DNA from: Bacillota bacterium
GTDB lineage: Bacteria > Bacillota > Clostridia > DUPQ01
NCBI GenBank assembly: GCA_036743175.1
Contig: DAINQB010000002.1
Coordinates: 26,757-90,756 of the forward strand
Direction of reading: 5' to 3'
DNA length: 64,000 nucleotides
Positions 29,412-38,643 of the stretch are shown one piece after another; positions within the stretch are counted from its first letter, which is position 1; every line of letters starts with the position of its first letter. The notes beneath the pieces are model-generated. The model saw nothing but the letters and a program-made list of their open reading frames with translations. It did no database searches and was not told where the DNA came from. Position numbers and translations under genes: made by a program.

Positions 29412-30035
29412 CTAAACCAGAAGCTGTATTCCAAGCGCAGCAGCCAGAAGTACCGGTGCATATATGGGCCTGAACTTCGCTTTTATACTTGTCCTTGCTT
29501 CCAGGAGCAGTACACCGTATACAAGGACTGCACTCAGCAAGCCGTTCAAAATCACAAACTCCAGTGTAAGGGCAGGTGATGAAATGAATTTTGTCATACT
29601 GCCCGACACCAGGAACTGTGCAACCATATAGAGTATATATCCAAGCCTCCAGCCCATGCTCACACCAATGCTTCCTGTTATTCTTGCAAACTGTTTTTTG
29701 CTGCTGAGCATTGGAATGGCAACAGCTACAACCAATGACTCAAACATTATTGATATCATCGGGTTTATTGTCTTGAATACGCTGATTCCCGGAAGCAGGA
29801 AGTCAACTGCCTTTATTCCGGCCGCAACCAGTCCAACCAGAACAAGTGCTGACCTTGAGCCTGTTGCCTTGAAGGCTTTCATAAGTATGTACACCGCAAT
29901 CGGGAACATTACAAGACCGGCCACCAAAGGCGGGAGAAAGTGCAGCAGATACCCAAGTGATGCTTCTGCCAACCCCCAAACAGCTCCAAAAAACACAATC
30001 TGTGCCGCAAGTTTCATTATCTTCTTCATACTCAT
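29412..30035 (-). CDS. polytopic membrane protein, ECF-transporter S-component-like
   Basis: A 207-aa protein with 5-6 TM helices and no ABC partner nearby. It is embedded in the purine cluster. Confidence 0.45.
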   Translation of the reverse strand: MSMKKIMKLAAQIVFFGAVWGLAEASLGYLLHFLPPLVAGLVMFPIAVYILMKAFKATGSRSALVLVGLVAAGIKAVDFLLPGISVFKTINPMISIMFESLVVAVAIPMLSSKKQFARITGSIGVSMGWRLGYILYMVAQFLVSGSMTKFISSPALTLEFVILNGLLSAVLVYGVLLLEARTSIKAKFRPIYAPVLLAAALGIQLLV

Positions 30036-32356
30036 TTCTTATCTCCTTCTTGCCTTGTTTTCATTATTCCGGTCAGAATCTTCTCGCCTGTGACCGGCAG
30101 GGAATTTATCCTGACTCCCGTAGCATTGTATATTGCATTTGTTATGGCAGCAGGTGGTGTGTCTATTCCGATTTCTCCGACTGATTTTGCACCAAAGGGT
30201 CCCGACGACTCATAACTTTCTGCGAACTCAACCTGTATTTTTTTGATTTCCTTCCTTGTCGGAATCCTGTAGGTCATCATGTTGTTTGTTATCATCCTGC
30301 CTGAGTTTGAGTAAACCACATCCTCGTAGAGAGTCATTCCTATGCCCTGTACAAGACCTCCTTCAACCTGCCCTTTTGCCAGGTTGGGACTTATGGTTGT
30401 TCCACAGTCAACCACCGCAACATAGTCCATGAGTTCCACCTGTCCTGTTTCAGTATCAACTTCCACTTCTGCAAACCCGGCCATGAAAGGCGGCGGTGAC
30501 TTTGTTCCCACATATGAATCAACGGCCACAAGCTGTTTCTGGTCTTCATTGTAGTAAAGCCTGTTGGAAAGATCCCTAAGTGATATGGATTTGTCGCCAT
30601 GGCTTATTGTATCACCATCAAAGTCAGTTCCTTCCACCGGAACCTTCAGGGCATGGGCTCCTTCTTCGATTATCATCTGTTTCATCTTTTCAGAAGCTTT
30701 TATGACTGCATTACCGGAAACATATGTCGTACTGGAAGCATATGCTCCTGTATCAAAGGGTGTAAGGTCTGAATCAGAAGAGTAGATTACTATTTTGTCA
30801 GGATGCACACCAAGACTTTCAGCTGCTATCTGCGCAAGTATGGTGTCACTGCCCTGGCCGATTTCCGTTGCCCCGACCATAAGATTGAAGAATCCATCAT
30901 CATTGAGTTTTATCATTGCAGAGCCCATGTCAATGTATGGAATTCCTGAGCCCTGCATTGCAATGGCCATACCTACGCCCCTGACCTTTCCATTGCCCAT
31001 ATCTTTCCTTGGATATTTGCTGTTCCAGTCAATGAGCTCCATTCCCCTTTCGATACAGTAATCCAGTTTGCAGGTTTCCATTATCATGGCGGTTCCTTCG
31101 GTTCCTTCACCCATGATTTCAAATATTGGGGATGTCTCACCTTCTTGTATCATGTTCTTCTGTCTGAACTCCACCGGACTCATCCCAATCTTATGGCAAA
31201 GGACATCTACTGCAGACTCAAGGGCATAATTGCCCTGGATTGCACCATAGCCCCTGAATGCACCTGCCGGTGTCCTGTTGGTATATACTACTTTTCCACC
31301 GAAACGGATTGAGTCAACCTTGTTGTAAAGGGGAAATACCTTTGAGCCTGCAACCATGAATACCGTAAGAGCATGCTCTCCATAGGCTCCGGTATCGGAT
31401 AACACTTCTACATCAATTGCCTTCAGTGTTCCATCCTTCATTGCACCGAGTTTGATGTCAAATCTCATGGGATGCCTTGAGAAGGTTGACTCAAAAACTT
31501 CCTGCCTTGTATAAACCATCTTGGAAGGTTTGCCTGTCCTAAGGGTCACAGCAGATACAAGCATTTCTCCATGTACGCACTGTTTGCCTCCGAATCCTCC
31601 GCCGACCCTTGGTTTTATTACCCTTATCTTGCTCATCGGATACGAAAGCGCTTCGGCAACTATCCTTCTCGTGTGGAAGGGTGTCTGTGTTGATGAATAG
31701 AGAACAAGTCTTCCCGTATAGTCCATTCTTGCATTGACTGTGTGGGGTTCCATCATTGTATGAGCCTGGGCCTGGGTGTAAAACGTCGTTTCAACGACTG
31801 TATCACATTCCTTCAGTGATTTTTCCACATTCCCGACATGCATAAGGTATGCCGCAGCTACGTTCTTCTTTGGTTCAAACCCTATGGGAAACATTTCATG
31901 TATTTCCGGTTCATCATGGATTATGGTTTTGTTTTCATAAGCTTTTTCAAAGTCCAGAACAGGTTCAAGTACTTCATAATCCACTACCAGAAGTTCCAGT
32001 GCCTTTTCAGCGGTTTCCCTGTCTATGGCTGCAACAGCCGCAACTTCATCACCCACATGCCTTACAAAGTTATCAAGTACAAATTTGTCATGCGGTGACG
32101 GTTCGGGATATCCCTGGCCTGCCCTGGTTACAGGTATTCTTTTGAAGTCTTCATAGGTAAGGACCAGTTCGACACCTTCAAGGGCCTCGGCCTTTGATTT
32201 ATCTATTGATTTAATCCTGGCAAACGCATGGGGACTTCGAAGAACCTTGACAATGAGGGAATTCTGTTCCGCAAGATCATCAGTATAACCCGGCTTTCCC
32301 ATCATAAGGCCTTTTCCGTCGATGGATGGTCTTTCATAATTTACATATTTCATCAT
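30032..32356 (-). CDS. molybdopterin-binding large subunit of xanthine dehydrogenase-family hydroxylase, triad 2
   Basis: The a/b hammerhead and MoCo domains are present, including GGGFGGKQ. The start was chosen at MMKYVNYERPSIDG, which has a GGAGGTGG RBS and forms an ATGA overlap with the upstream [2Fe-2S] gene. Confidence 0.85.
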   Translation of the reverse strand: MMKYVNYERPSIDGKGLMMGKPGYTDDLAEQNSLIVKVLRSPHAFARIKSIDKSKAEALEGVELVLTYEDFKRIPVTRAGQGYPEPSPHDKFVLDNFVRHVGDEVAAVAAIDRETAEKALELLVVDYEVLEPVLDFEKAYENKTIIHDEPEIHEMFPIGFEPKKNVAAAYLMHVGNVEKSLKECDTVVETTFYTQAQAHTMMEPHTVNARMDYTGRLVLYSSTQTPFHTRRIVAEALSYPMSKIRVIKPRVGGGFGGKQCVHGEMLVSAVTLRTGKPSKMVYTRQEVFESTFSRHPMRFDIKLGAMKDGTLKAIDVEVLSDTGAYGEHALTVFMVAGSKVFPLYNKVDSIRFGGKVVYTNRTPAGAFRGYGAIQGNYALESAVDVLCHKIGMSPVEFRQKNMIQEGETSPIFEIMGEGTEGTAMIMETCKLDYCIERGMELIDWNSKYPRKDMGNGKVRGVGMAIAMQGSGIPYIDMGSAMIKLNDDGFFNLMVGATEIGQGSDTILAQIAAESLGVHPDKIVIYSSDSDLTPFDTGAYASSTTYVSGNAVIKASEKMKQMIIEEGAHALKVPVEGTDFDGDTISHGDKSISLRDLSNRLYYNEDQKQLVAVDSYVGTKSPPPFMAGFAEVEVDTETGQVELMDYVAVVDCGTTISPNLAKGQVEGGLVQGIGMTLYEDVVYSNSGRMITNNMMTYRIPTRKEIKKIQVEFAESYESSGPFGAKSVGEIGIDTPPAAITNAIYNATGVRINSLPVTGEKILTGIMKTRQEGDKK

Positions 32357-32802
32357 TCCACCTCCAGGTATGCTTTTATGGCCCTGTGCTGGCCCTGATA
32401 CCCTGAACATCTGCAAAGGTTGCCCACAAGATATGACCGTATGTCATCATCAGTCGGATTCACAAGTTCCTTCTTCATTGCATATATAGTAAGGGCCATG
32501 GATGGATTGCAGTATCCGCACTGGTCTGCACCTTCCCTGCCAAAACAGTCTGCTATCTTTGCAGCTTCTTCAGGAATACCTTCGACTGTGGTTACTTCCT
32601 TACCTTCGGTCCTGCACGCCAGATAACTGCATGATGCCACCGGAGCTCCGTCAACCAGAACCGTACATACTCCGCAGGACGTATTGTCACAGCCCCTTCT
32701 TACACTTACATAATTGTTTTTTCTGAGTGTATCAAGCAGATATTCATCAGCCTTTACATCAAACACCTTGTTTTCACCGTTTACCTTCAGTCTGACCTTC
32801 AT
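32353..32802 (-). CDS. molybdenum hydroxylase [2Fe-2S] subunit, triad 2
   Basis: Two 2Fe-2S motifs are present: CDNTSCGVCTV and CGYCNPS...CRCSGY. Confidence 0.9.
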   Translation of the reverse strand: MKVRLKVNGENKVFDVKADEYLLDTLRKNNYVSVRRGCDNTSCGVCTVLVDGAPVASCSYLACRTEGKEVTTVEGIPEEAAKIADCFGREGADQCGYCNPSMALTIYAMKKELVNPTDDDIRSYLVGNLCRCSGYQGQHRAIKAYLEVE

Positions 32803-33593
32803 GACATCACCTCCCGCAGTCCTCTTTTTACAAGGGCTTCACAGAGCTTCTTTCTGTATGCTGCAGAACCCCGGGAATTGCTTCCGAACTTTATCTCCGC
32901 TGCAGCTGTTGCAGCAGCCCTTTCAGCGCAATCAGCATCATGTTTTCCACATGTGTCAACGTATGCCATTGCCATTTCCGCAAGAACCGCCTTGTATGGT
33001 CTGGAACCTACGGCAATCTTTGTTTTTCCATCTATACGGGTTACAGCTGCATTCAGTATCGGGAAATCGATTGCAGTAATCTTGATGGTTTCATACCATC
33101 CCCTGCCTTCCTTCATGGGAATCCTGACCTTAAGAAGAATGTCCCCTGATTTTGCAGTCTCATCCATGAACTCGACAAGGCTTACCCTGCCTCTTTTGTA
33201 AAATTCAAGTTCAGTGTCCAGGACCATAAGTGGAGTAATCAAATCCGAGAAACCATACTTGCCGGAAATTGTTCCGCCTATTGTAGCGATGTTTCTTACG
33301 GTTACCCCCATGATCTTTTCTACTGCAGTGCAGACAATCCCATTGCACAATGCTTTCACAATATCGCTTTTTTCTACCTGTCTCAGTGTTGTCATTGAGC
33401 CGATTTCAACAAATCCATCAACTACATCAATGGAATCAAGGCCAAGGCCCGAAAGGTCGACTGCTTCGTCAACTTCCGTCGGTGTAAGCCTGAGCCAGGC
33501 CCCCCCTGCGATTATTGCAGCCTTGCTGTTACCCTCCAGGATTGAATATGCTTCTTCGACAGAGCTGACCTTAACATAATTATTTATTTTCAA
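32799..33593 (-). CDS. molybdenum hydroxylase FAD-binding subunit, triad 2
   Basis: An FAD-binding PCMH-type domain (AGGAWL, ATIGGTISG). Confidence 0.85.
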   Translation of the reverse strand: MKINNYVKVSSVEEAYSILEGNSKAAIIAGGAWLRLTPTEVDEAVDLSGLGLDSIDVVDGFVEIGSMTTLRQVEKSDIVKALCNGIVCTAVEKIMGVTVRNIATIGGTISGKYGFSDLITPLMVLDTELEFYKRGRVSLVEFMDETAKSGDILLKVRIPMKEGRGWYETIKITAIDFPILNAAVTRIDGKTKIAVGSRPYKAVLAEMAMAYVDTCGKHDADCAERAAATAAAEIKFGSNSRGSAAYRKKLCEALVKRGLREVMS

Positions 33594-33600
33594 GCCTGTT

Positions 33601-34170
33601 TCATCTCCCCTCTGCTTTTTTTCTTATTTCAAAAAGATCCTCCGGCGTATCAACATCCAGAAGGATTCCTTCATCATCAACATCAATATATTCAACATTC
33701 TGCATGTCCCTGAAAACCTTGAGGTTTGAATCAATTGGCTCCCGGAGCAAGGGTGCTATAAGGTTTTGTCTTATCAGTACAGGATGTCCCTTTCTTCCAT
33801 TGTATACGGGGACAATCATTTCGCCGGTCCCATCCATAAGCTTATGGTATGTTTCTTTTCCTATCAGTGGATAATCCCCCGGGACCAAAAAGAAATCATG
33901 ATTCATTTCACTGACTCCACGTTTAACAGAACTAAACATTCCACTATCGTAATCTTCGTTGACAACCATTGTAACATTTGGGTATTTTTTGATGATAAGG
34001 GCCGTGGATTCCCGGTGATGACCGGCTACTACCACTATTTGGCCGCAGATTTCCGTAAGAGTGTCCAGAACTCTCCCAAGAACGGTGCTGCCACCAATGG
34101 TCATTGCCATTTTGTCAGAACCCGCGCGGCTTGAGTATCCTGCCGCCAAAACTACGGAATCATACTGCAT
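33601..34170 (-). CDS. mocA: MobA-like NTP transferase (molybdenum cofactor cytidylyl/guanylyltransferase, MocA-like)
   Basis: The N-terminal nucleotide-binding motif is LAAGYSSRAG.DK. The protein is 189 aa and has a GGAGG RBS. It is the first gene of the long minus-strand cluster. Confidence 0.8.
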   Translation of the reverse strand: MQYDSVVLAAGYSSRAGSDKMAMTIGGSTVLGRVLDTLTEICGQIVVVAGHHRESTALIIKKYPNVTMVVNEDYDSGMFSSVKRGVSEMNHDFFLVPGDYPLIGKETYHKLMDGTGEMIVPVYNGRKGHPVLIRQNLIAPLLREPIDSNLKVFRDMQNVEYIDVDDEGILLDVDTPEDLFEIRKKAEGR

Positions 34171-34712
34171 GAAGCCTCCAAATGGTAAAAAAAACGGCCT
34201 TCCCGTATGCCTGTCCGGCTCTTTGCTGATTGCTTTTCATATTATGTTGTTGAACCGGTGTGCCTCGTACATCAAGTATACTGTCTTTGGCCTGCTTTTT
34301 CAAATGTTTATATCAGGAATTCTTTATAATCAGCTTATGAACTTATATATAATATTTTCACATATAAAGATACCCGATATAGAGTCAGAAGTTTAGTGAC
34401 ACTTAATTGCCGATGATAATATATAGCTTCAATCAAAGTCCGGGTTTTGTCCGTACCCCCAAATCAGTGTGCTCTGTATGCCGGTTGCACTAATATTGTG
34501 GTGTAAATTCTATAAAGTCGATGGAAAACAGGCATTCTGTTGACAATAAAAGGATTCCAGTGGCAAAGCTACGAAGTGTTAACAGCAGCTCACTTTTGCA
34601 TCAAAATTATTTAACACCGTACCTCAATTTACTTAAATGATATTCCTCAATTGTCTTAAAGTCTCATTGCCAATATATGTATTCATGCTATAATGCATAT
34701 GAGGTAATCATA

Positions 34713-35981
34713 ATGGCTGAAAAATATTTGAAAAGGTGTATTGATTCAGTTCTTGAGATGTATTTGGAGACTTTTGGAGCTGTGTTGATTGAGGGTCCGA
34801 AGTGGTGTGGAAAGACCACAACCGCGTCCATGCAATCAGAAAGTATAATAAAACTACAAGATCCACGAAAATTCAATGATTATATAAAGCTTGCTGAAAT
34901 AAATCCAAAGGCTTTGTTAGATGGTAAGACCCCCCGATTGATTGATGAATGGCAACTGGCACCTATATTGTGGAATGCCATACGGGCAGAAGTTGATGAG
35001 CGTAACAAGGAGGGTTTGTTTATATTAACTGGCTCTACTACCTTAAAAAATGATGATACAATGCATTCCGGGACAGGTCGTATTGCTCGTTTGTTGATGA
35101 GACCGATGAGCTTATACGAATCACTTGATTCAAGCGGCCAAATATCACTATCAGACCTATTTAAACAAAACACTGAGATAGACGGAATAACCACCAGCAC
35201 ATCAATTGAGGATATATCAAAATACATCTGCAGAGGTGGATGGCCATCAACCATAGGTAAAAGTGAAAAAAGCTCACAATTAATTGCAGAAGATTATGTG
35301 AATTCAATTTGTGAAAGCGAGGCCTCCAGTGTTGATGGTTTTGAAAAAAACCCAAATAGAGTAAGGGCTGTATTACGTTCATATTCACGTAACATCTCAA
35401 CATTAGCAACAAATAGGACCATTTTAAACGACATTGCAGCAAACGATATGCAGATATCAGAACCTACTTTATATTCATACTTAAATGCTTTGAACAGGCT
35501 TTTTGTTATTGAAGACATCCCAGCTTGGAGTCCCTCCATACGCTCAAAAACCGTTATCCGCTCTTCAAATAAAAAGGGGATTGTCGATCCTTCGCTGGCA
35601 GCCGCTTCCCTGGGAATAACTCCTGGTAATATTTTTGACGATATGAAAACTTTCGGATTCCTTTTTGAATCTCTCTGCATTCGAGATTTAAGAATATATT
35701 CTCAGGAGATTGGTGGAAAAGTTTATTATTATCGCGATCGCTATGGACTGGAATGCGACGCAGTCATCAGACTAAATGACGGTAAATACTGCTTGATTGA
35801 AATAAAACTTGGAAACACTGATATTGATAAGGGAGCTGAGAATCTAACTAAGCTTAGCAATTTATTAATGGAAAACGGTAAAAAACCTCCTCAGTTCCTA
35901 GCAGTTGTCAGCGGTGGAAATATTGCTTATACCAGAGCTGATGGTGTCAAAGTTATTCCAATTTCTTGTCTGAAAAATTAG
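34713..35981 (+). CDS. AAA ATPase with DUF4143 domain (ATP-binding protein, accessory/mobile-associated family)
   Basis: Walker A reads GPKWCGKTT and Walker B reads RLIDEWQ. The DUF4143-like C-terminal region is present. It is the only plus-strand gene in an AT-rich 1.9-kb gap. Confidence 0.8.
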   Translation: MAEKYLKRCIDSVLEMYLETFGAVLIEGPKWCGKTTTASMQSESIIKLQDPRKFNDYIKLAEINPKALLDGKTPRLIDEWQLAPILWNAIRAEVDERNKEGLFILTGSTTLKNDDTMHSGTGRIARLLMRPMSLYESLDSSGQISLSDLFKQNTEIDGITTSTSIEDISKYICRGGWPSTIGKSEKSSQLIAEDYVNSICESEASSVDGFEKNPNRVRAVLRSYSRNISTLATNRTILNDIAANDMQISEPTLYSYLNALNRLFVIEDIPAWSPSIRSKTVIRSSNKKGIVDPSLAAASLGITPGNIFDDMKTFGFLFESLCIRDLRIYSQEIGGKVYYYRDRYGLECDAVIRLNDGKYCLIEIKLGNTDIDKGAENLTKLSNLLMENGKKPPQFLAVVSGGNIAYTRADGVKVIPISCLKN

Positions 35982-36070
35982 CAAGCGCCCTTATATAAAG
36001 CCATTACACAATATTCACCATTACTTATAAGAGATGGAAAATCATATAGCCGGAGATTATTACGTTGCTC

Positions 36071-36796
36071 TTATTCAATATCGCTCAGACTGAGTCTTAT
36101 ATCCGTATTTTCATACTGAACCGGATACCTGTTTTCGTCGTTTGTATACCACATATACATCCTGGGTTTCGGTCCCAGAACAAGACCGGTATATTTCATT
36201 TCCACCTTTATGCACTCGAATGTACCATATGGTGATTCGATGCTCTCGATTCCTTGGTATGAAACCCTGAAAGGAATGATTTCACCTGCATCAATTATTG
36301 ATATGTTTATATCCTTTTCAAATCCCTCTTCCAATGACAAAGCACCTATGGTAAACAAAAGGCCCTCATTGTCAAGGTAATGTTCCGGAAGCTCAAGGGA
36401 TTTTGTTTCTCTCTCTGCGGCAGTACCTGCCACCATTTCAAGGGTAATGCCATATTGAGCATCTATCTCCCAGCTTTGTTCCGGATCAAGGGCATATGTG
36501 TTGCTCTTATATGCACTGATTGGAATAAGTGTATCTGCGGCAAATGTCGAGGCTGATATGAACTCTCCTTCATCAAAACTTATTTCAACCCTTGTTGAAA
36601 CTAGACCGTTTTCAACTGTGACCTCATATATTACAGCATTGACACTTTCGTCTTCTGTTCTTTCATATGTAAATGTGTGGCTTTCCCTGAAGATGTCATT
36701 TGTTTCATATGTATCCTCGCTGAATCCCGGCTTACATCCTGTAAACAGCAAAGCAATGATTATTGCAAGCACCATGTATTTGTAATATCTTTTCAT
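36071..36796 (-). CDS. lipoprotein, hypothetical
   Basis: A signal peptide with a lipobox (LLFTGC). The mature protein is beta-rich. Confidence 0.6.
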   Translation of the reverse strand: MKRYYKYMVLAIIIALLFTGCKPGFSEDTYETNDIFRESHTFTYERTEDESVNAVIYEVTVENGLVSTRVEISFDEGEFISASTFAADTLIPISAYKSNTYALDPEQSWEIDAQYGITLEMVAGTAAERETKSLELPEHYLDNEGLLFTIGALSLEEGFEKDINISIIDAGEIIPFRVSYQGIESIESPYGTFECIKVEMKYTGLVLGPKPRMYMWYTNDENRYPVQYENTDIRLSLSDIE

Positions 36797-36797
36797 G

Positions 36798-37058
36798 TCA
36801 AACCTCTATTTCAAGTATAAATTTATCAAAGTAGACCTCTTCGATGAACTGCTCCTTATCGAAGAATGTCTTTCTATACCTCGAAATCTCCCTTGTATTT
36901 TTCTTCAGCCAGATCGGAACAGGAATTTCAAGCTGCCGACAGAGCAATACAAAGGCCTCCTCCATGATATCATGAAAAGGCTTTTCAGTGTCTGTTCCTT
37001 CTGTCTTTGCTTCTTTGATAAATGTATTGCCTATGACGAGCTTCCCATAAAGAACCAT
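36798..37058 (-). CDS. hypothetical small protein
   Basis: An 86-aa ORF starting MVLYGKLVIG, immediately downstream of the cimA stop. It has no recognisable motif. Confidence 0.35.
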   Translation of the reverse strand: MVLYGKLVIGNTFIKEAKTEGTDTEKPFHDIMEEAFVLLCRQLEIPVPIWLKKNTREISRYRKTFFDKEQFIEEVYFDKFILEIEV

Positions 37059-37059
37059 G

Positions 37060-38643
37060 TCAACCGTCCTGACACATGCAATATTCGATGGAATCCACCA
37101 GTGCAATCCAGCTGGCTTCGATTATATCCGTTGAAACACCAATGGTAGTCCACTCGTTCTTTCCGTCGGTTGATTCAATCAGTACCCTTACCTTTGCGGC
37201 AGTTGCCATTTCCGAATCCAGGACACGGACCTTGTAGTCAGTGAGTTTGATTTTCCCGAGGTCCGGATAGAACTTTGTAAGAGCTTTTCTAAGGGCACCA
37301 TCAAGTGCATCGACAGGTCCGTCTCCCTCGGCGGCAGTGACTTCATATTCATCCCTTACCTTGATTTTTATCATTGCCGTTGAGTTCATGTTTGTTACAT
37401 TGGGTTCATTTACCATGACCTTGAACTCAACCAGTTCAAATGACGGATTGTATAGACCAAGTATTCTCCTGATTATCAGTTCAAAGCTTGCCTCAGCTGC
37501 CTCGTATTGATATCCGAGGAATTCCATCTCCTTCATTCTGTCAATTATTTCCCTGGTCCTTGGGTCTTTCTTTGTAACCGTAGGGTCTATCTTACCCAGG
37601 AGCTTCATTACAGAACTTCCGCCGGCTACTTCACTCATCAGTATATGTCGTTTGTTTCCTACTTCCGAGGGGTCAAACAGTTCATATGATTTTGTGTTTT
37701 TTGTAAGAGCATCAGTATGCATTCCGCCTTTGTGTGAAAATGCCGCGGACCCTACAAAAGGAGCATCATCATGAAGTGCAAGATTGGCTACTTCACTTAT
37801 AAACACTGCTGTCTCAGACCATGAAGCCATGCTTTTTTCAGGAATGCAGTCATAGTTTTTCAAAAGCTGAAGATTCGGAACTATGGTCGTAAGATTGGCA
37901 TTTCCGCATCTTTCCCCCAGTCCGTTCATTGTTCCCTGTACCTGGATTGCGCCCGCTTCAACAGCAGCAATGGAAGAGGACACAGCCATACCGTTATCAT
38001 TATGGCAATGTATGCCTATCTCAACATCAAATTTCTCAACCACAGCCTTGGTCATATCATATGTTTCCGTAGGGAATGTACCGCCGCGGGTGTCGCAAAG
38101 GCATATTGAGAATGCACCGCTTTCAACTGCCGCTTCAAGTGTCTTCATTGCATAATCAGGATTTGCCTTGTACCCGTCAAAGAAATGCTCTGCATCAAAT
38201 ATTACGTCAAATCCCTTTTTTACCAGAAAGCTGATTGAATCCCTGATCATTTCAAGATTTTCATCAAGTGTTGTCTTAAGGATGTCAGTGACATGGAAAT
38301 CCCAGCTCTTTCCGAATACTGCCGCCGTTTTCACCCCTGACTCAACTATATGTCTCAGATTTATGTCCTCTGAAGCCTTTATGCCGGGTCTTCTTGTGCT
38401 TCCGAATGCCACAATCCTTGAATTATTGAGCTCCACATCCTTTATGCTGTTGAAGAACTCAGCATCCTTTGGATTGGACCCGGGATTGCCGGCTTCAATA
38501 TAGTCTATTCCGGCATCATCGAGTTTTTTTACAATCTTTATCTTGTCCTTGACTGTAAAGGAAACATTCTTGCCCTGTGCCCCATCCCTGAGTGTAGAGT
38601 CATAGATATATATCTTATTCATCCTGCTCACCTTGTCCAACAC
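37060..38643 (-). CDS. cimA: (R)-citramalate synthase
   Basis: An HMGL-like N-domain (LRDGAQG...HCHNDNGMA) plus a LeuA-dimer C-domain over about 527 aa. It is paralogous to leuA. An alternative start at 38622 is possible. Confidence 0.8.
   Translation of the reverse strand: MLDKVSRMNKIYIYDSTLRDGAQGKNVSFTVKDKIKIVKKLDDAGIDYIEAGNPGSNPKDAEFFNSIKDVELNNSRIVAFGSTRRPGIKASEDINLRHIVESGVKTAAVFGKSWDFHVTDILKTTLDENLEMIRDSISFLVKKGFDVIFDAEHFFDGYKANPDYAMKTLEAAVESGAFSICLCDTRGGTFPTETYDMTKAVVEKFDVEIGIHCHNDNGMAVSSSIAAVEAGAIQVQGTMNGLGERCGNANLTTIVPNLQLLKNYDCIPEKSMASWSETAVFISEVANLALHDDAPFVGSAAFSHKGGMHTDALTKNTKSYELFDPSEVGNKRHILMSEVAGGSSVMKLLGKIDPTVTKKDPRTREIIDRMKEMEFLGYQYEAAEASFELIIRRILGLYNPSFELVEFKVMVNEPNVTNMNSTAMIKIKVRDEYEVTAAEGDGPVDALDGALRKALTKFYPDLGKIKLTDYKVRVLDSEMATAAKVRVLIESTDGKNEWTTIGVSTDIIEASWIALVDSIEYCMCQDG

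Noticed and set aside
22369-32356. Selenocysteine (in-frame TGA) in the molybdenum hydroxylase large subunits
   Set aside because: Both large-subunit ORFs are uninterrupted. Selenium in this enzyme family is a labile cofactor ligand, not Sec, so no recoding is expected.
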